Shown here: piece by piece, positions 39,640 through 52,336 of the stretch
Numbering within the stretch: position 1 is the stretch's first letter
Layout: each line of letters begins with the position of its first letter
Assembly: GCA_951406725.2 (NCBI GenBank)
Contig: OX597821.1
Span: forward strand, 20,398,001 to 20,462,000
From: Octopus vulgaris
Lineage: Eukaryota
Direction: 5' to 3'
DNA: 64,000 nt
Program-made: the position numbers and the translations under genes
The notes under the pieces: model-generated
Seen by the model: only the letters and a program-made list of their open reading frames with translations
Databases searched by the model: none
What the model was told of the DNA's origin: nothing

Positions 39640-40260
39640 AAGTGGCTGAGATCATTTAAAACCAGCGAAAAATATATTATGATCCTCCAGTTGAAATCTC
39701 AGTCTTCTGGATTACAGCTCCCAAGTTTAGTTGCCACAATGCGTCAACCTAGTGGCGGAGTTTGAAGCATCCCAGTACCATTACACAAAGAAGACTGACT
39801 CGGTGGAACAAATGAACAATTAAAAGAGGCTAAGGGAACTGAAGATCAACTCTCTAGAGGGAAAGGCTTGAACGATATGTAGTAATATACATAGGGCATG
39901 TTTTGAAATTTCTAGCTCCTAACTTTGGAATTGAAATCTATAACAACAAGCAAACTGGACGATACTACATAGTATCAAAGATCCCTCGTTTTCCATCTTG
40001 AAAAAGAACCCCGTACTGTGACAGCTTTAGGTTGAAAGGTCCACAACTCAGTGATTTGCGATGTGTAGGTGTGGAGTTCATCAAAGAGCACCTGGACACA
40101 TTCTGATATGAAATAGCAGATGAACGAACATCACGATAGAAGGTACAAAGAAGATCAGTAAAAACGGTACAGAAAAGAAATACAAATACAATGGAATATG
40201 GTGCTCCAGCATGGCACTCGTCTCTGGCTAAAACCGCTAAAACAAAACATAAAAGTAAAT
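39640..40260 (+). mobile_element. 3' end of a decayed CR1/L2-group LINE (post-RT region and tail)
   Basis: WLRSFKT, LDYSSQV, YTKK, RLRELKINSLE..ERYVVIY, PNFGIE, KGPQL, KEHLDTF..IADE; tail GGTGCTCCAGCATGGC...GGCTAAAAC at 40200-40234. Confidence 0.8.
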
Positions 40261-40344
40261 ATGGATCAGCCAGGTGAGAGTGCTTCCTTCTTTGATAACA
40301 GTTGTCACATGCTAGATATTTCATTCAGTAAAATCTGAGAATAC

Positions 40345-40580
40345 CTATTTCTTTACTACCCACACGGGGCTAAACACAGAGGGGACAATCAAGGACAGAC
40401 ACATGGATTAAGTCGATTACATCGACCCCAGTGCGTAACTGGTACTTAATTCATCGACCCCGAAAGGATGAAAGGCAAAGTCGACCTCGGCAGAATTTGA
40501 ACTCAGAACGTAACGGTAGACGAAATACGGCTACGCATTTCGCCCGACTTGATAACGTTTCTGCCAGCTCGCCGCCTTCA
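40345..40580 (-). mobile_element. tRNA-derived SINE, family D, with Nin/Deu-like central domain
   Basis: Head GGCGGCGAGCTGGCAGAAACG...GAGTTCAAATTC; core GTCGACTTTGCCTTTCATCCTTTCGGGGTCGAT; 16-bp TSD TAAAATCTGAGAATAC at 40329-40344 and 40581-40596. Confidence 0.9.
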
Positions 40581-40757
40581 TAAAATCTGAGAATACTAAG
40601 AAATGATCGTGCCTGCTCGTACTACTACATAAGCAACGACAAAATATGCGAAATTAACTTAATTACAAAAGGTTACATCCTTTTAAGTGACGCTTATACT
40701 CCTGCTGATCTACATATGTATGTGTGTGTGTATGTATGTATGTCATAATGTGGAGAG

Positions 40758-40799
<42 letters not shown>

Positions 40800-41039
40800 A
40801 GACAGACAGAGACTATATATTGATTAAGTCTTAGATTTACTGGTGATTTGAAATGGTTTTACTTTCCGATTAGTTGCCCACCTGGTGTCGGTGGCATCTG
40901 TTAAAATGGAATTTTCAGGTATCGCTGTTCGTTTTGTCGTTGCTTTTTGCTAGAGGCGGTCTTAATGTTAGAAACTGGTGTGTGATTTGTATTTGGGTTT
41001 TTGTGATTCTGTCTGAGGTGCTCGAAGCATTTCTTACGA

Positions 41040-41669
41040 TTGCGTTCTTGGTAAATGTGGTGGTCGTGTTAGGGGTCTGGAGGTTGTTGGAGGTGGCGGT
41101 TGAAGTGATAGTGGTAGCACCGCTGTTTTTGCTGTTTGTTGTGGTGGCGGTGTTGGTGGTGATAGTGATGGGTGTGATACTGGCGATGTTGGGGCTGCTG
41201 GTGGTGTTGTTGTTGGTGCTGTTGTCGGTGTTTTTGGTAGTTTTCTTGGAGGTGTTGTTAATGGTGTTGCAGGCGTTGTTGTCAGTGGCGATATAGCGGA
41301 GGTGTTGGTAATTATGCAGTTAGGGGTGTTGGAGGTGTTGGTGGTGTTGGCAATTTTCACGGTGGTACAGACGCTGGTGGTTCTAGAGATAGTGATACAT
41401 TTACAGTTTCTAGAAGCGTCACCATTGGGTTAATGGTATTATAAGTGGTGTTGCGTACGGATACGTTTTTGCTTTGTGCTTCTAGCTAAAGCGAACAACG
41501 AGTTCAAAATCTTGATAAGCACCTTTGTCGACATCATCATCATCATCATTATCATAATCACTCTCATCTTTATCGATGTGGTCATCGTCGTTGTCGTCGT
41601 CATCGTCATCAACAGCAGAAGCAGCAGCAGCAACTCATCATTAGCTTTATCATCAGCTTCATGATCAAT

Positions 41670-41713
<44 letters not shown>

Positions 41714-41794
41714 TATCATCATCATCATCCCCATTATCACCTTATCCATCACCGATTTCATCATTATCATCATCGTCATCGACCTTATTATCAT

Positions 41795-41842
<48 letters not shown>

Positions 41843-41940
41843 AATGATCATCATCATCATCATCCCCATTATCACCTTATCCATCACCTTATCATCATAA
41901 TAATCATCATCATCAACAGCAGCAGCAGCATCGTCATCAT
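41040..41940. repeat. Degenerate (GGT/GTT)n and (ATC)n low-complexity region
   Basis: Direct reading; includes a local duplication of CATCCCCATTATCACCTTATCCATCACC. Confidence 0.85.
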
Positions 41941-42269
41941 GGGAGCCCTGCTACCACGTTGTAGGCAAACCATACTCAGCACAAGATTTTAATATCAAAG
42001 CAATCCATGACCTCATTCCGACTCTGCTTAATGAAGGAGAAGTGAACAGAATTGTTTTGTTCTGTTTTTTTTTAAATCGGTAACCTACGCACACACTTCA
42101 ATTCCCCTTATATATAACAACAGCAGATGATGAACGATATCTGCATAAATGCTAATTTGTGAACTTTGTCATTTAGTCAACCTTAGTAAATATAAGATTT
42201 TAACAGTAATCGTTTCTACGTCGTAATACTATTGAACAGGCATATGGCGATCTTGTCTATGTTAATGAC

Positions 42270-42311
42270 AGTGAATACGCAATACATTGGCTATGATGGT
42301 CAGAATGTTTT

Positions 42312-42360
<49 letters not shown>

Positions 42361-42608
42361 TAATAATAATAATAATAATAATGATTATAATGATAGCAAC
42401 AACAACAACAACAATAACAATAACAATAACAATAATAATAACAATAATAATAATGATGATGATGATGATGATGATGATGCAATAGTGAATATGCAATACA
42501 TTGGCTATGATGATGATGATGATTATGATGATGATGATGATGATGCAATAGAGAATATGCAATACATTGGCAATGATGATGATGACGACGACGACGACGA
42601 CGACGGCA

Positions 42609-42639
<31 letters not shown>

Positions 42640-42645
42640 TGATGG
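42270..42645. repeat. Compound minisatellite: three copies of GAATA(T/C)GCAATACATTGGC separated by (AAT)/(GAT)/(GAC)n
   Basis: Copies at about 42273, 42487 and 42553. Confidence 0.85.
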
Positions 42646-42740
42646 CGGAACTCGACCTGAAGAAAATTCTAACTGGGTACACCTGCAAGTTCATGTGTTG
42701 TTTATATGTATTGATACAAGTATGCTTACATATATATATG

Positions 42741-43632
42741 TACAGTTTACGTTGGGTAAATTGCTCCATTTTATATTTTTAATTTCGCGCATTCTCTTTG
42801 TTTTTTTTGGTTTTTTTGTCGAGTTCATAGAATAGTTGGGTCAGTTGGGCACCGTGTGTGAGATAAATAGCACCATGACGCAATTCCCTCTGCCAGAAAT
42901 CTGGAAACAACATGCTGTACTGCTTGGCAATTGTAACGGAAACTCGAAAATGAACATTTCAAAATGTTCGGGCGTCAATCTGAAGAAAATGCAATCTAAG
43001 GGTATGTACCGAGAGTAACAAATATCAAACATCCACTGAACGCCATGATGTTCTGAGTGAACACTAATGATGGCGATGTTATTTTATGCCACCATTCTTC
43101 TTTCACGGCCTCACACTCAACACGGAGGCCTACATGAAGTGCCCGGAAGAAGTAGTGCTGCCCTGTGTCAGGAGGCTGTCTACTAGAAACCTTAAGCCTT
43201 GCAAGAGGATTCTGCACTATGCCACAGAAGCAGGAGAACCCAGTCATTGCTGTCAGAAATTTCTGCGACTACATCACACCCAACAGCTCGTCACCTAACT
43301 CTCCTCACTGCAACCCCCTTGATTATTATGTGCGGTGTGCAGTTGAGCGAAACCCAATAAATCCCTGTAATTTCAAAGATGAACTGAAGGCAAGGATTAT
43401 GGCAGCATTTACCAAACTAAACAAGGTGACCATTCAGAAGAGTTGCAGGAGATTCCACCGTCGTCTGGAGACCGTGGTTGAAGCCAATAGCGATTTTATT
43501 GGATATATTTACTCTGTAGTATTTCAAGATGTAATTTCAATTATGTAATTTTAGTAAATATATTTGTTAAAATGTGATGTCAGTGTTATTTTCATTTTTG
43601 CGTAATTTAGACGACACTTTATTCACCGCACT
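42741..43632 (+). mobile_element. Decayed Tc1/mariner transposon (maT/DD37D-like)
   Basis: MPPFFFHGLTLNTEAYMKCPEEVVLP; SPNSPHCNPLDYYV (WPPNSPDxNPLDY motif); CRRFHRRLETVVEANSDFI. Confidence 0.85.
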
Positions 43633-44895
43633 GAAAGAGGGGGAGAGAGAGAGGGGGAGAGAGAGAGGGAGAGAGAGATGGAGAGAGAGAGAGAGAGAGA
43701 AAGAGAAAACGCCTCTTTCAAACTAGACCAAAATTAATAATACCCAGAATGTATTAGATAATAATATAGACGAATTACTTAATACTTTTAGCAGTGGGAG
43801 GCAGAGGGTTGCTCTTGATAAGCATTATTATAAGTGTGAGAGCAAATTAAGTCGGCTTGAAGGAAATGCCTAAAAAAATATGTATTTTATAGATATAAAG
43901 TAAAGGCTGATGGCATTTCTAAAGTTGTTTTAAGTGTCATGTTCTGCGAACTTTAAGCAGAGTTCGTGTAATCACATTTCTTTCTTTCAAAAATAGGGAT
44001 AGCATGAATTGGGCAAGCTTGAGTAGGTTGCTCTGGTTTTTGAACGATAAAGACACTAAATATGATACTGAATGGATTATGATTATCAGAGATGCACCAT
44101 GTGCTATTTGGAACTCAAAGTGTAATCTATTTATAAAAGAAACATACCGTATTTTTAACTCTAGATACAGACTATTTAATCATACAAGGGAATTAGTTTT
44201 GAGAGGCGCATATTGTTTTAGGATAGTACTCTCCAAATAAGGATTTTAATATCATATTACATAAAAGTACATATAACCTAACCTTGTCAAAAATTGTAGT
44301 TTTACTTTAGTATATTCTTAACAATCTAATAAAAAATAAACAACTCATTCCTATATAATTTTTATTTCTTTCTTTCAAATCCCCTTATTCTATTGATTTA
44401 TCTTCTAAGGTTCATACTATATTCATTAAATGTCGTCAACGAGGGAAATACATCTCCATCTAGTTTAGGCTTCTTCTACTGCTACTATGTTAGATAATCC
44501 ATTCCTGTAAGTTCTATAAACTCATTCTAAGTCTAGATGATACCAGGAACTATAGACATGTACTTCAACCCAATTTCTACTATCATGTACATTAATCTTT
44601 TATGACTCCTTCACATAAAATGTACTTTAAGAAGAAATATCTAGCACTCAGTTCCGGAATTGGCTTCACATATCTGCATTAGTTCACCCGAGGTGGGATT
44701 GGCTTCTCTGGCTTCTTGCACTGCAGTGACGTGTGCTGCGGCTCTGAGAAAAGGGTAAGTACCCGTTTCCAGCTGGTTACTCTGGCGAGCGCTCGGACGA
44801 CCTAGATGTGAGGGTTCTTATTTCTAACGGTACCAGAGGCGTAGGCCTAAAAAACTATGCCAATTTGGCACTCGCTTGAATTCGGGCAAATTAAG

Positions 44896-44926
<31 letters not shown>

Positions 44927-44929
<3 letters not shown>

Positions 44930-45962
44930 ATGACACGGTTTTCGAAAGCTAAGTAAACCTTTTCTATTTAAGATATTTTGTTTTATTTTATTGTATTGTA
45001 TACTATATAACAACTGATTGTTAATTTGAATCTATAATTATTTAGTTGTTGATGATATGTATTAAATTATTAGATTATAACTGTACGTAATTTCTAATAT
45101 ATTACTTAGTCACTGAGGTATATAGATCGTAACATATTTATACGGTTCTTTTAAGATAGGTTATACGTTTTTAATTTGATTTTTAATCTTTGATTTTTAA
45201 ATGTAATTCATAGGTATATTATATTGATATTTATAATATTTATGTAAGTTATAATGGACTAATTAATTTATTTCTTTTTCATTATATGTCTATATATTTA
45301 TTGATAGAGTAAATTTTAGATTTTAATTACTATATTTGTTGATTATAATTTAGATACTTATTTTTTAAATATTTATAATTATAAGTTGTGAACTTAAATC
45401 TAAAAATATGAATAGTGATTATTTTGTTAAATAATTTGGTAATTAAATATTGGACTATAACTGAGTTAAGGATATTCGAGAGTATATTATGTTTTTTTTA
45501 AGCCATATTATATCTTAATAGATAAATACATATTTCTATCTATTTTTGAACCTTAAAAACAAATATTTAACATAATAAATGTGTTGTAGGAAATAATCCT
45601 AACGTTTTAAGTTTCTAATTTAGACAATGGAGTTTTTTCTTTACGAAAAATTATTATTTTATTTATTTCTTAAATAAATATTATTTAACTCTATTTGCTT
45701 ATTCATTTAACTATTATCATTAACCTAAAGATTGACTATAATTTTAATTGGAATTTAAACTTAATTGTAATTGGAATTTAATTATAGCCATGAAACGTAC
45801 GTAGTTTTTACTTATTATATTATATTTATCATTCATTTTATACTTTTTGAAAAACAAATATATATATATATATATTATATATTGCATTAAATATATATAT
45901 CATTTGTTATTTATGTATTGGTTTATGTCTATCACTGTTGGTTTTATCTCTAATTCATATTT
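44927..45962 (+). mobile_element. AT-rich non-coding element homologous to 3601-4600
   Basis: Shared blocks TTAAATATTGGACTATAACTGAG and GAAACGTACGTAG; (TA)n on both sides. Confidence 0.65.
45722..45806 (+). ncRNA. Hammerhead-like motif, long stem II, core mutated to CTAAAGA
   Basis: AAC-CTAAAGA-TTGACTATAATT...AATTATAGCCAT-GAAAC-GTAC-GTA-GTT. Confidence 0.6.
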
Positions 45963-46035
45963 TATATATATATATAAATAAATAAATATAAATATAAATA
46001 TAAATATAAATATAAACATATATATATACATATAC

Positions 46036-46200
<165 letters not shown>

Positions 46201-46312
46201 ATATATGAAGCAACGGATAAAGAAGTGAGATGTTAAAAAGCATAGCTTTAAAGATTGTGTGTGTGTGCGTATGTGTATGTGTCCTTTTGTTTTTCTTGTA
46301 TTTGTTTCACTG

Positions 46313-46524
46313 ATTTTACTGCAGCCATGCTGGAATACAGCATTGGAGAATTGTAGTCCAAGAAGAAAAAGAAACAAAGTCTTATTTTTAAAGTCTAGTA
46401 CTTATTCCATCATTTTCATTTACCGAATCGCTAAGTTACAGGAGTGTAAGCACACCAACGCCGGTTCTCAAACGGTGATGGTGAGACGAATTCAAACACA
46501 CACACACACACACAACACACACAT

Positions 46525-46558
<34 letters not shown>

Positions 46559-46728
46559 CATATATACGACAGGCTTCTTTCAGTTTCCGTCTACCAAATC
46601 CACTCACAAGGCATTGGTCTGCCCGGGGCTATAGCAGAAGACACTTGCCCAAGGTTCTACGCAGTGGGACTGAACCCGGAACCATGTGGTTGGTTAGCAA
46701 GTGACTTACCACACAGCCACTCCTGCGG
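46313..46728 (-). mobile_element. SINE family B; conserved 5' half, much more diverged 3' half
   Basis: 46560-46728 is close to the other copies; 46313-46500 is degraded. Confidence 0.85.
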
Positions 46729-46738
46729 CCATATATAT

Positions 46739-46771
<33 letters not shown>

Positions 46772-46872
46772 GGAGTAAACACATAAATGTGAAACAAGGT
46801 GGAAAAAGAGTACTCAAATACCAGTGGTAGAGTAATATGCTTTATTTTAAGCAGCAGAAAATTCAACAAAAT

Positions 46873-46910
46873 CTGTTACTCTGAGTTTCTCGTTGCCGTT
46901 CATCAGACAG
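46873..46910 (-). ncRNA. Minimal type I hammerhead ribozyme
   Basis: CTGT-CTGATGA-ACG gcaa CGA-GAAAC-tcaga-GTA-ACAG; intact core. Confidence 0.85.
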
Positions 46911-47949
46911 TTTTTGCTAGAATGGAACTTATATATCAATTCAATCTATACTCTTACAAACGCTACACCTTTAAAAAGAAATGGACTTGTTTGATTGGCC
47001 CTTTAGAAAAAACGGTCAATCTTCGAGCGATAAACAAAACGGTCAAAAATATATGTATATATATATAATAAAACTTATAAAAATTATAAAATCCGAGGAA
47101 AAAACCGAGGAAAAACCTATTGCCGTTAATGAAGACAGTGCAAATTAATGCATAGAAATTAAACCTGTTATAAATACTGCAATACATATTTATATTAAAA
47201 TCTACATATATATATCAATATACACAAAAGGATGCGCGTAAACGCCATACATACATATACAGACGTATGAATATGAATCTAAATATACACATAAAAGCAT
47301 GTGTACATATATTCACGCAAACCGTCTCGCACGCAAGCTAAAATTCATCTATGTAGCAATTCTCATATACTGAGCAAGGAGGGGGAACGAAAGAAAGGGA
47401 AAGAGAGAAAAAGGAACGAAGGAGGGGTGGGGAAAAAACTTGTAACGATGTTATTGGCATCTATAGAGACCAGTATACATACACAAGTTTGAATGGATAC
47501 ATATACATACCGTCGTGTATATGTGTGCTTAAGCACAAGCATACTTTCACTTACACATACACAAATACGCATGCTTACAAATACATATGCTTTGCTATAC
47601 ACATACTTATATAAACATTCTAATTTTGACAACATTGCTTTTTTTTAAAAAACATTACTTTTAAAAATGGGTGCATTAATAAAAATATATACGAAAGACA
47701 TAAAATAAAATATAACATCCTATTTTGGGTCATTTATAAATAATCAAGGTAATATAAATAATCAAGGTAATCCTATGCAATACAATAACATGAAAGCAAA
47801 GTTTGTAGGTTTTTCCTAATATATATGTAGAAACATAAGACTTTGCTATACGGATTAAGATCCGCGTAGCTTGGAAACAGAATCAAAATCCATCGTAGCG
47901 CTCAAGAGTCAAAATCAAAATCAAAAATCAAAAATACAAAATATATACT

Positions 47950-48540
47950 CTATCCATATGGTATATTTATATTCGACATTTTAAATTTAGCCGCGTGCCT
48001 ACATAAGTTCATTAACTCACTTCTTTGATTCAAAGAATTATTGTCTTTGAATAAGATGTACATTTTTTCTAATAGGCAAAGTCTGCACTTGAAATTATAT
48101 TTGTAAGCTCCATGCCTGTATGGTGCCGCCCTGTCCAGAATGCTCCATGTCACGTTGAAAGGTGCGGCTTCCTTTTCTTTTAGTTCCCAGACATATTTTG
48201 CTAGGCTGGTTTTCTTCCTATTCTCTGGGTATTTAAAAGAATTTTTATGAGAATAAAATCTTGTTTTAAATGAATTTTCTGAAGCCCCTGTGTATGTCTT
48301 GCATTCCGATGAGCCTTCCACTTGCACCTTGGCTCTATAAACTACTCCTTTCACTAGACATTTCCCTTCTAACGGACAGGAGCTTTCGTTTTTGAAATTA
48401 CATTTCTTAATGGGCTCGGCACCATGTCTAATCTCAATTAGCTTCCTATTATGTTGGCTAATGTAAGAGGCGAAATTTCTGCAACAAGAATAGCTAACCT
48501 TCAGGGTTCTTCTATTAAATATTCTGTAGAATTTATGACC
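47950..48540 (-). CDS. C-terminal GIY-YIG endonuclease of a Penelope-like element (Cys-rich, Naiad-like), partial ORF
   Basis: LKVSYSC, KCNFKNESSCPLEGKCLVKGVVYRA, YTGASENSFKTRFYSHKNSF, TSLAKYVWELK, CRLCLLEK, LNQRSELMNLCRH. Confidence 0.88.
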   Translation of the reverse strand, partial: GHKFYRIFNRRTLKVSYSCCRNFASYISQHNRKLIEIRHGAEPIKKCNFKNESSCPLEGKCLVKGVVYRAKVQVEGSSECKTYTGASENSFKTRFYSHKNSFKYPENRKKTSLAKYVWELKEKEAAPFNVTWSILDRAAPYRHGAYKYNFKCRLCLLEKMYILFKDNNSLNQRSELMNLCRHAAKFKMSNINIPYG

Positions 48541-49597
48541 CTGCTTCTCGGAGATGCAGCACGGACTTTGTTAGTGAACAGGTCGCGGATTTTAGCGACG
48601 AAAATATTTTGACAAATTAAACTTAAATGTTGAAGTGAATCGAACGGCTTTTGTGTGTTTCTTAAATGGCTTATAAACACCTTCCACGCTGCAATTGTTT
48701 TCGTTTCAGCACACGATCTCAGATCAAATTACTTGCTATGCGAGTACATCTCCGTAATATATATATATATATATATGAGTTAGAGATTAAACAACCATCT
48801 AAGGGAAAATATTTATCCAATATACTACTGGATGCCTACCTACGTATTTATACTCAAGTGCTTACTGCTGTAGTACAGTATCGCAGTTGAGTACTAGGTA
48901 TGAGTGGGAGTAAAGCAGAAATTTACCCGGAATTTATAAGGCAAATAAGAAAAAGGAGAAGTTAATCAATCAACAATCATCAGCTTGTAAACATTCAGAT
49001 GGATCCATTTACTAATTAATTACAATCATATGTACAACTAATCAGAATAAATAAGCAAATAAACAAGTAAATAAATGGATAAACATAAGATTAACTGAGT
49101 GAAAAGTTAAACACTTACAGCTGTTTCTACTTTGGGGGTGTCTAACTTGCCAAGGTTTCCACATCTTACTAGTAATGTACATGGATTGTACAAAGGTTGA
49201 ACAAACATTAGACATGAGTTTGACAATAATTGAGCTCCAAAGCTTCACCAGAGAGACCATAGTATTAGGATTCTAACATGTGAAGAAGTAAGATAAATTA
49301 ATGAAATAAAACAAGATAATAAAAAGAGCAAGGAATGGTAAAAACATCCGTTCCAAGGCAATATCCATAAGTTATGGGATTATATCTTATGGTAAAGAAA
49401 GTCACTTCCAGAAGCAATTTCCAGAGGTTGAGTTACATCCCATTTTCATTTACTGGAGGAAATACAATGGTAAGACACAGACATTAACACAAACACGCAC
49501 ACATACACACACACATACACACACACATACACACACACACACGCACTCATACAGACACACACACACACACACACACATAATATATATATACATATAT

Positions 49598-49710
49598 ACG
49601 ACGTGCTTCGGTCAATTTCCGTCTACCAAATCCCCTCACAAGGCTCTGGCCAGTCTGAGGCTATAGTAGAAGACATTTATCCAGGCTGCATCGCAGATAC
49701 ACCTGCTCCA
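49598..49710 (-). mobile_element. SINE family B fragment, diverged
   Basis: TTTCCGTCTACCAAATCCCCTCACAAGGC...GGCTATAGTAGAAGAC. Confidence 0.75.
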
Positions 49711-51745
49711 TATATCACCTTTATACAGCACCGAGGAACCACGCTGTTTGTATTTATCATATCGTTTTCTCAGTCTTGCTAGATAAAAAAAAACCGCAAT
49801 AGGGAATTATATCCGTGAAGTACGATTTTTAATTGCAAATACTACTCCATGAGTGATCTACTTTATTACTCAGTAGTCAACGCTCCAACATATTTATAAA
49901 CGAACCATGTGTACCTAGCACTCCTGTTACACAGAAACCTGTAAAACAACGGGAGGAGCGAAAATAGCCCAAGTCCACACATGGCCTTCCACTCATGTAA
50001 CTCATTACTAACCGCTACTAACACTGTACACATTTCAATTTAAAGTGCTATAAATGATTACGTTGCTGTTCTATCTCCATAACGATTTTACATGATGCTT
50101 TTTCATTCGCCAATCACTCAGGGTTGGCCATGTATGCTATTTTCTAATGTCATAATTAACAATTTAGCACAGTTTAGACAAAATATTTTCCCTACATATG
50201 AATCTAAGAAACGTTCCATCACACAATTGTTCTTTTTCTAGCTTTTACATTTTATTTTCATTCATTGCTTGTTCAATTTTGTTATAATCTTTTTTTTATT
50301 TTGGCAACTCCGACAGTACTGTTGAAACTAGTGTAAAAAGACGTACAGGTGATGGTTTTGCTTCATTTCCTCAAGGTATTAATTTTGAAGGAAGCTTACT
50401 AAGTAGGGTACAAGATTCAACCTCATTTATATGACATAGTTTCGATAATTAAATCTCTCATACGTGTAATTTCCTCGAAGTTAACGATTTTTGAAAGTTA
50501 AACCGTCGTATATTACCCTTGTATCTGACATTATATTTTCATGAGGCGATGTGATGTATATGTTTGTGTATGTATGTGCATGTTACAAAACAAATTTTGC
50601 CTTTGTGAGTGTATGCGCATGCTGGTGTTTGTGTGTGCGTGCGCGCGCGTGTATTTGTGAAGCTATGTGGTTTTTAGATTCATGTATGCATGTGTGTGTG
50701 TAGAAATACTCTGAAGTTGATTATACTCTGCTAGTTCCAATTAAATAGCAACAAGGCTAATTAACCCTGGCCATCCATCAAGATAATTATATTGGCCTTT
50801 TGTATAAAGAGGAAACGAAACGATTATTATTTCCATTGTTATTATTATTCTTGTTGTTGTTATCATCATCATCGACGTCGTCATCATCATCACCACCATC
50901 AACACCATCATCATCATCCTCATCACCACCACCACCATCATCATCATCAGCACTCACTACAAACATTCGCGACTAAGAAAGTGGTTCCAGGCGGTGAAAA
51001 TATTGTGATTGTCGATATGATAGTGGCTAAATTTTCATAATGTGGATGATGACGACGAGGATGTTGTGTGGATGATAATGGTTAAGATGATATTGATGTT
51101 GAGAAGAGTATGATGATTGATAATGAAGATGGTGGTGATGGGGGTAATGGTAGTGGTGATATGTTGGAAATGGGCTCGACATGGTTGCTCTTGGGTGTGA
51201 GCAGTTGAGTGCCCTACATGTATAATCTGGAATGTTTCTTAATTGAAATAGCCACTGGTTGTTGTGAGGCTGACACGGGTTCGTTATTTCTATGACGAGG
51301 TCTTATAGTTAATTATGTTCCTTTGTTCTAATGTCACCCTTGTTTTGCTGACAGTCATTAGCCTCACAAATCTTAGAAGAGAAATACACAGTGAGCAGCG
51401 AGGTGGTCAATGAAACGCAGTGTACGGGATAGCATTCACAAGGGAGAAAGCAAAATACATGATTAGTGTGCTGCTGCAGAAGACATTTAGATATACCGAA
51501 TCATCCTCAGATCGGAGAATTAGTCTCTCTTTTGCAACAAGAATGGAATCCAATAACTGATGTAATGCACGTAGTCGGTTTTGAGAGTAAACAACAGTAA
51601 GACATATATATAGAGAGAGAATATGTGGTCTAAAATGACGATTCCAAAACGTGATACTTATAAATAAGAGGGATGGGTATTTTGGTGAGTATGGTCACTC
51701 AGATGTGGTATATTGAATGTAAGCGAAATAGATGCATTAGACTAC

Positions 51746-51822
<77 letters not shown>

Positions 51823-51826
<4 letters not shown>

Positions 51827-52222
51827 TTACTTGTTTCAGTCATTTGAGTGCGGCCATGCTGGAGCACCGCCTTTAGTCGAGCAGATCGACCCTGGGACTT
51901 ATTCTTTGTAAGCCCAGTACTTATTCTATCGGTCTCTTTTTGCCGAACCGCTAAGTGACGGGGACATAAACACACCAGCATCGGTTGTCAAGCAATGCTA
52001 GGGGGACAAATACAGACACACAAACATATACACACACATATATATATATACATATATACGACAGGCTTCTTTCAGTGTCCGTCTACCAAATCCACTCACA
52101 AGGCATTGGTCGGTCCGGGGCTATAGCAGAAGACACTTGCCCAAGGTGCCACGCAGTAGGACTGAACCCGGAACCATGTGGTTGGTTAGCAAGCTACTTA
52201 CCACACAGCCACTCCTGCGCCT
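51823..52222 (-). mobile_element. SINE family B
   Basis: Full-length copy inside (TA)n. Confidence 0.92.
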
Positions 52223-52225
52223 ATA

Positions 52226-52312
<87 letters not shown>

Positions 52313-52336
52313 GTACATATATATATATATACACAT

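Larger units (their letters stand above)
46769..48540 (-). mobile_element. 5'-truncated Penelope-like element: GIY-YIG ORF end, 3' UTR, hammerhead, tail in (TA)n
   Basis: Collinear on the minus strand: endonuclease 48540-47950, AT-rich UTR, hammerhead 46910-46873, terminus at 46769. Confidence 0.8.

Noticed and set aside
41034-41360. Mucin-like Thr/Pro-rich ORF
   Set aside because: Degenerate (ACC/AAC)n low complexity; no signal peptide, domain or clear splice context.
42287-42835. Asn/Asp-rich 182-aa ORF resembling an acidic biomineral protein, and a CRISPR-like repeat-spacer look
   Set aside because: Compound microsatellite with three short repeats; spacers are simple repeats; eukaryotic context with no cas genes.
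47840-47950. SECIS element downstream of the Naiad-like endonuclease
   Set aside because: No in-frame TGA at the conserved Cys positions and no clear AUGA/AA/GA arrangement.
48835-48905. Hammerhead remnant (TACTCAA/TTGAGTA stem, TACGTA)
   Set aside because: Both catalytic core strands are missing, so it was not counted.
51262-51369. 12-bp inverted repeat TTGTGAGGCTGA / TTAGCCTCACAA as a possible pre-miRNA
   Set aside because: The interior does not pair continuously; could be chance.
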